This document shows, one piece after another, positions 61,119 to 64,000 of a stretch of DNA of 64,000 bases (within the stretch, counting starts at the first letter, position 1; each line of letters starts with the position of its first letter). Location: the UHGV virus genome UHGV-1343746; one strand, given 5' to 3'. The notes beneath the pieces were generated by a model. It searched no databases. It was not told the origin of the DNA and saw nothing but the letters and a program-made list of their open reading frames with translations. Source of the stretch: a virus. The position numbers and the translations under genes were made by a program.

Positions 61119-61526
61119 TCAAATCTCTGAATAAATTGCATCGCAGATTTCACGGAAAACTTCCACCGGTAAGTTACGCTGTAACCATGTTGCAAAGAAA
61201 TCAGCAATTGCAAAGTTTGCATCAAAATCAACACATAGCCACACTTTAACAGCAAATCTAAACATTTTCAAGTCAAGTTCTTTATTCATTACTTTTGACT
61301 TTGACAGCATTTCCTTCATCTCATATTGAGCACCGTCAATTATAGCTCCTGCTGCTACATCTTGCAAGGATTCTTTAAGCTGTTTTGTGTCTACTACTGC
61401 GCCCTGAATTTTACCGATGATATTATGTAGTGTTTCGTCTGGTGCTGCTGATGTTACAATGTTGATGCGGTTAATGGTCAAACGTGCTTTCAAAATTGCA
61501 ACTTCTTTGTGATTAACATTAGTCAT
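61119..61526 (-). CDS. hypothetical protein
   Basis: 135-aa ORF preceded by class I cassette. Confidence 0.45.
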   Translation of the reverse strand: MTNVNHKEVAILKARLTINRINIVTSAAPDETLHNIIGKIQGAVVDTKQLKESLQDVAAGAIIDGAQYEMKEMLSKSKVMNKELDLKMFRFAVKVWLCVDFDANFAIADFFATWLQRNLPVEVFREICDAIYSEI

Positions 61527-61615
61527 TTTCTAGTCTCCAGTTTAGGTTAGTTTTAGATAAATCTCTTTATCTGGGGCTATCTTAGCAACTTGATAACCCC
61601 ATGTAAAGCAATTTA
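61527..61615 (-). promoter_or_regulatory. upstream hairpin cassette, class I variant
   Basis: TCTTTATCTGGGGCTATCTTAGCAACTTGATAACCCCATGTAAAGCAATTTATT. Confidence 0.5.
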
Positions 61616-61888
61616 TTAGACTAAATACAATTTTTTACCACTAACAATAATGTAACTTACGCCGCTATTACTGTAAACATCTTGATAAATTCTGCGTAAC
61701 TTTCCAAGGTATCGAACTTTCCAAGATGTAGGAATTTTCTTTCCATATCCTGTGGCGGTTTTTTGTAGACCTGCTACCTGCCAATCTAATAGGTGCTGTT
61801 CTGCTCTTAACTCTTCAAAGTTTAATACACCGTCTATATAGTGTTTTAAAGTTACGTTCAAAGTTCGACCGTCATTAGTAGTATACAT
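61616..61888 (-). CDS. hypothetical small protein
   Basis: 90-aa ORF preceded by class III cassette. Confidence 0.45.
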   Translation of the reverse strand: MYTTNDGRTLNVTLKHYIDGVLNFEELRAEQHLLDWQVAGLQKTATGYGKKIPTSWKVRYLGKLRRIYQDVYSNSGVSYIIVSGKKLYLV

Positions 61889-61947
61889 TTTCAGATTCTC
61901 CAGTTTAGGATTGTTGGGGCTTCTATCTTGCCCCGTTGATGAATACT
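61889..61947 (-). promoter_or_regulatory. upstream hairpin cassette, class III
   Basis: GGGGCTTCTATCTTGCCCCGTTGATGAATACTTTAC. Confidence 0.5.
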
Positions 61948-62295
61948 TTACTTGTTTTGATTCTGCATTGCAAGCTCTTTTTTATTAATTTCTTGCGCTA
62001 TCACGATATAATAATCTTTCAGGTTTATATCTTGAATTGACTCAAGAAGTATGTCATAATCACTGATTAATTTAAAATCACCGTCTAGGATGTTATCAAT
62101 CCGGTATGTTTCTGCTTTGAATCGAAAGCTCATCTCTAAGCGTTTCAATTGTTCTAAGCTTAAACGCTCTAGAAAGCCCCGTACAAGGTTTATTTTTAAA
62201 TCCCTTGTAAGTGCCTTATTAGCTATACTGTGCGCTTGTAAGGCTTTATAGAGCGCCATAATAGAGATAAAAATTGCAACGTATGTGATTAACAT
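61948..62295 (-). CDS. hypothetical protein with N-terminal hydrophobic segment
   Basis: 115 aa; MLITYVAIFISIMALY. Confidence 0.4.
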   Translation of the reverse strand: MLITYVAIFISIMALYKALQAHSIANKALTRDLKINLVRGFLERLSLEQLKRLEMSFRFKAETYRIDNILDGDFKLISDYDILLESIQDINLKDYYIVIAQEINKKELAMQNQNK

Positions 62296-62585
62296 TTGTT
62301 TTTACCTTTGTGGAATAGTTTACCAGTGTGACTAATTTCATAAGAGTCTATCATATCTTTTGTGGATTTAATAGATGATTTATTAGCATTATCATAGATA
62401 TCTATCTGAAGCAATGGTTTTTTGTATTCCTTACAAAAGTTCCATACACAAATCACAACTTCCCTTTTGTCAATCTTTCCGTGATACCATTCCACAGATT
62501 CACTTTGACGTCGCATAGATTCAATAAACTGAATGTTATTTAATAACTGACTCAATTTAGTTCTAACGTTTGCGGCAATAAACAT
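62289..62585 (-). CDS. hypothetical small protein
   Basis: 98-aa ORF preceded by class I cassette. Confidence 0.45.
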   Translation of the reverse strand: MFIAANVRTKLSQLLNNIQFIESMRRQSESVEWYHGKIDKREVVICVWNFCKEYKKPLLQIDIYDNANKSSIKSTKDMIDSYEISHTGKLFHKGKNKC

Positions 62586-62669
62586 TTTAGATTCTCCAGT
62601 TTAGGATTGTTGGTAAAGCTCTTTATCTGGGGCTATCTTAGCAACTTGATAACCCCATGTAAAGCACTT
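62586..62669 (-). promoter_or_regulatory. upstream hairpin cassette, class I
   Basis: same core as 61527..61615. Confidence 0.5.
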
Positions 62670-63182
62670 TTAGATATTAAAGATATTCATAACAGAGTCT
62701 TTCAAGGCTTCTAAACGTTCCATTACTTCAGATTCTCCATCGGAGTTAGAAACTTCCTCTTCTAATCGTGAATCTAAATCTTCCCCGTCAAGATAACACC
62801 AATCGAAACCATAAGCAAGTGAAAAGCTATTTAATACCGTATTACCTTCTTTATCTTCTACCTTTGCAAATAGCACATAGCTGTTAGCTTCTAAATCTCT
62901 TTGTAATTCATCTTGTAAGCTCTTGTAAGCCTCTATAGATGGATTTTCGCGGCCTTGTTTAGCATAATCACTCATCAATTGGGAAAGGCTGTAATGCTGT
63001 GGAATTGCATATTTGTACCCGTTACGCTCTGGATTTTTAAGTTTGATTGTAACCCCGCCTTTGTGCTCATCGGTAAACTTCCAATTTTCCACACAATGGG
63101 ATGCTTCACAAATATTAACAGCTTCATAGATGATAGTGAATTTTTCTTTTTGAACTTCAAAGGTAGCTTCAACGTATGACAT
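62670..63182 (-). CDS. hypothetical acidic protein
   Basis: 170-aa ORF preceded by class I cassette. Confidence 0.45.
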   Translation of the reverse strand: MSYVEATFEVQKEKFTIIYEAVNICEASHCVENWKFTDEHKGGVTIKLKNPERNGYKYAIPQHYSLSQLMSDYAKQGRENPSIEAYKSLQDELQRDLEANSYVLFAKVEDKEGNTVLNSFSLAYGFDWCYLDGEDLDSRLEEEVSNSDGESEVMERLEALKDSVMNIFNI

Positions 63183-63274
63183 ATTAAGATTCTCCAGTTT
63201 AGGACTATTGGTTAGTAAAGCTCTTTATCTGGGGCTTATACTAGCAACTTATAAACCCCATGTAAAGCACTTTA
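63183..63274 (-). promoter_or_regulatory. upstream hairpin cassette, class I
   Basis: GGTTAGTAAAGCTCTTTATCTGGGGCTTATACTAGCAACTTATAAACCCCATGTAAAGCACTTTATC. Confidence 0.5.
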
Positions 63275-63532
63275 TCAGATTAAATTGTCAGTTAATGACA
63301 AGTGCATTTTATAACCTTTCTTCGTGTAGACATTAGTTCTACCGATTGCCCTTACACCTTTGAAAAGGTCATAGGAGCTACGTTTTAAAGTAATTTCCTT
63401 ATCACATTTTACGCCCCATCTTACAGCAGATTCTTTTCCGTTGTCAACCACTTTACCATTTAATTTTTTAGCAGTTGCGCGAGCGTCATCACGAGATTTT
63501 GCAGATACAATGATGTTTTTGATAGTAGCCAT
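63275..63532 (-). CDS. hypothetical small basic protein
   Basis: 85-aa ORF preceded by class I cassette. Confidence 0.45.
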   Translation of the reverse strand: MATIKNIIVSAKSRDDARATAKKLNGKVVDNGKESAVRWGVKCDKEITLKRSSYDLFKGVRAIGRTNVYTKKGYKMHLSLTDNLI

Positions 63533-63623
63533 TTTTGATACTCCAGTTTAGGTTATTGTTTGGTAAAGCTCTTTATCTGGGGCTTATCTTATCTAACTAT
63601 AAACCCCATGTAAAGGACTTTAT
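63533..63623 (-). promoter_or_regulatory. upstream hairpin cassette, class I
   Basis: near-identical to 59452..59542. Confidence 0.5.
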
Positions 63624-63941
63624 TTAGTTAATTTTGAAAACTGTAACGTAGCCGTCACTACCAATAGTTTGAGATACTCCAGCTTTCTCTACATCATACC
63701 CCATTTTATCAAGATGGTACATTGCATCTTCATACCCATATTTACCGCCTTGATAGCGTCTTTTTTCACATCTTATCACAGTTTTACCACGTCCTGCAAT
63801 AGCATTTATGATAGCTTTTTCACCGGATAATGTACCGTCAAGCATAGTAGCTTTGTAGTGGTTAATACGGTTACCATTAACATCATACTTAAAATTGTAA
63901 GCGTGAACAACAATTATTTTTCCTTTGAAGTTTTCTTTCAT
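63624..63941 (-). CDS. hypothetical protein
   Basis: 105-aa ORF. Confidence 0.45.
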   Translation of the reverse strand: MKENFKGKIIVVHAYNFKYDVNGNRINHYKATMLDGTLSGEKAIINAIAGRGKTVIRCEKRRYQGGKYGYEDAMYHLDKMGYDVEKAGVSQTIGSDGYVTVFKIN

Positions 63942-64000
63942 AGTTTCCTCTAAGATACTACGAAAGTTTTCTTTGTTGATAAATTTAGGCGCACGATATT

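Noticed and set aside
57509-63623. Regularly spaced conserved repeats that could look like a CRISPR array
   Set aside because: Repeats are 60-90 nt in three classes, the intervening segments are 200-550 bp protein-coding ORFs with start codons and SD sequences, and no cas genes are present

Overview
This 64-kb window reads as part of a lytic tailed dsDNA phage genome (AT-rich, densely packed, no host-like genes). All calls are from reading the sequence and ORF track by eye; no searches or folding programs were run. Layout: (1) 223-16152, replication and nucleotide metabolism: T7 gp4-like primase/helicase, dNMP kinase, family-A DNA polymerase, ATP-dependent DNA ligase, DHFR and thymidylate synthase, plus small ORFs. 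(2) 10380-12160, two intergenic regions carrying four copies of a composite element (motif, then ~70 nt of GGTNN pentamer repeats, then a hairpin with a conserved loop and covarying stem) that bracket a two-gene cassette. This is the most unusual thing in the window and I cannot assign it to a known element class. (3) 16189-39966, minus-strand structural operon: large terminase, portal, S49 protease/scaffold, decoration and lambda-E-like capsid, sheath/tube order, chaperone pair with a -1 frameshift site, tape measure, P2/Mu-like baseplate, two His-rich tail fibres. (4) 40186-45351, a minus-strand cluster of about 27 tRNA genes with an HNH endonuclease, two embedded protein genes and several structured non-tRNA spacers, flanked by a vWA-domain protein. 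(5) 47773-55608, plus-strand small genes including a T4-type lysozyme and paralogous Ig-like proteins. (6) 55641-57191, a 1.5-kb non-coding hub of short repeats between two convergent terminators. (7) 57257-63941, about 17 small minus-strand genes, most preceded by one of three classes of conserved GGGG/CCCC hairpin cassette and a conserved ribosome-binding region. tRNA anticodons are from manual folding and are tentative.
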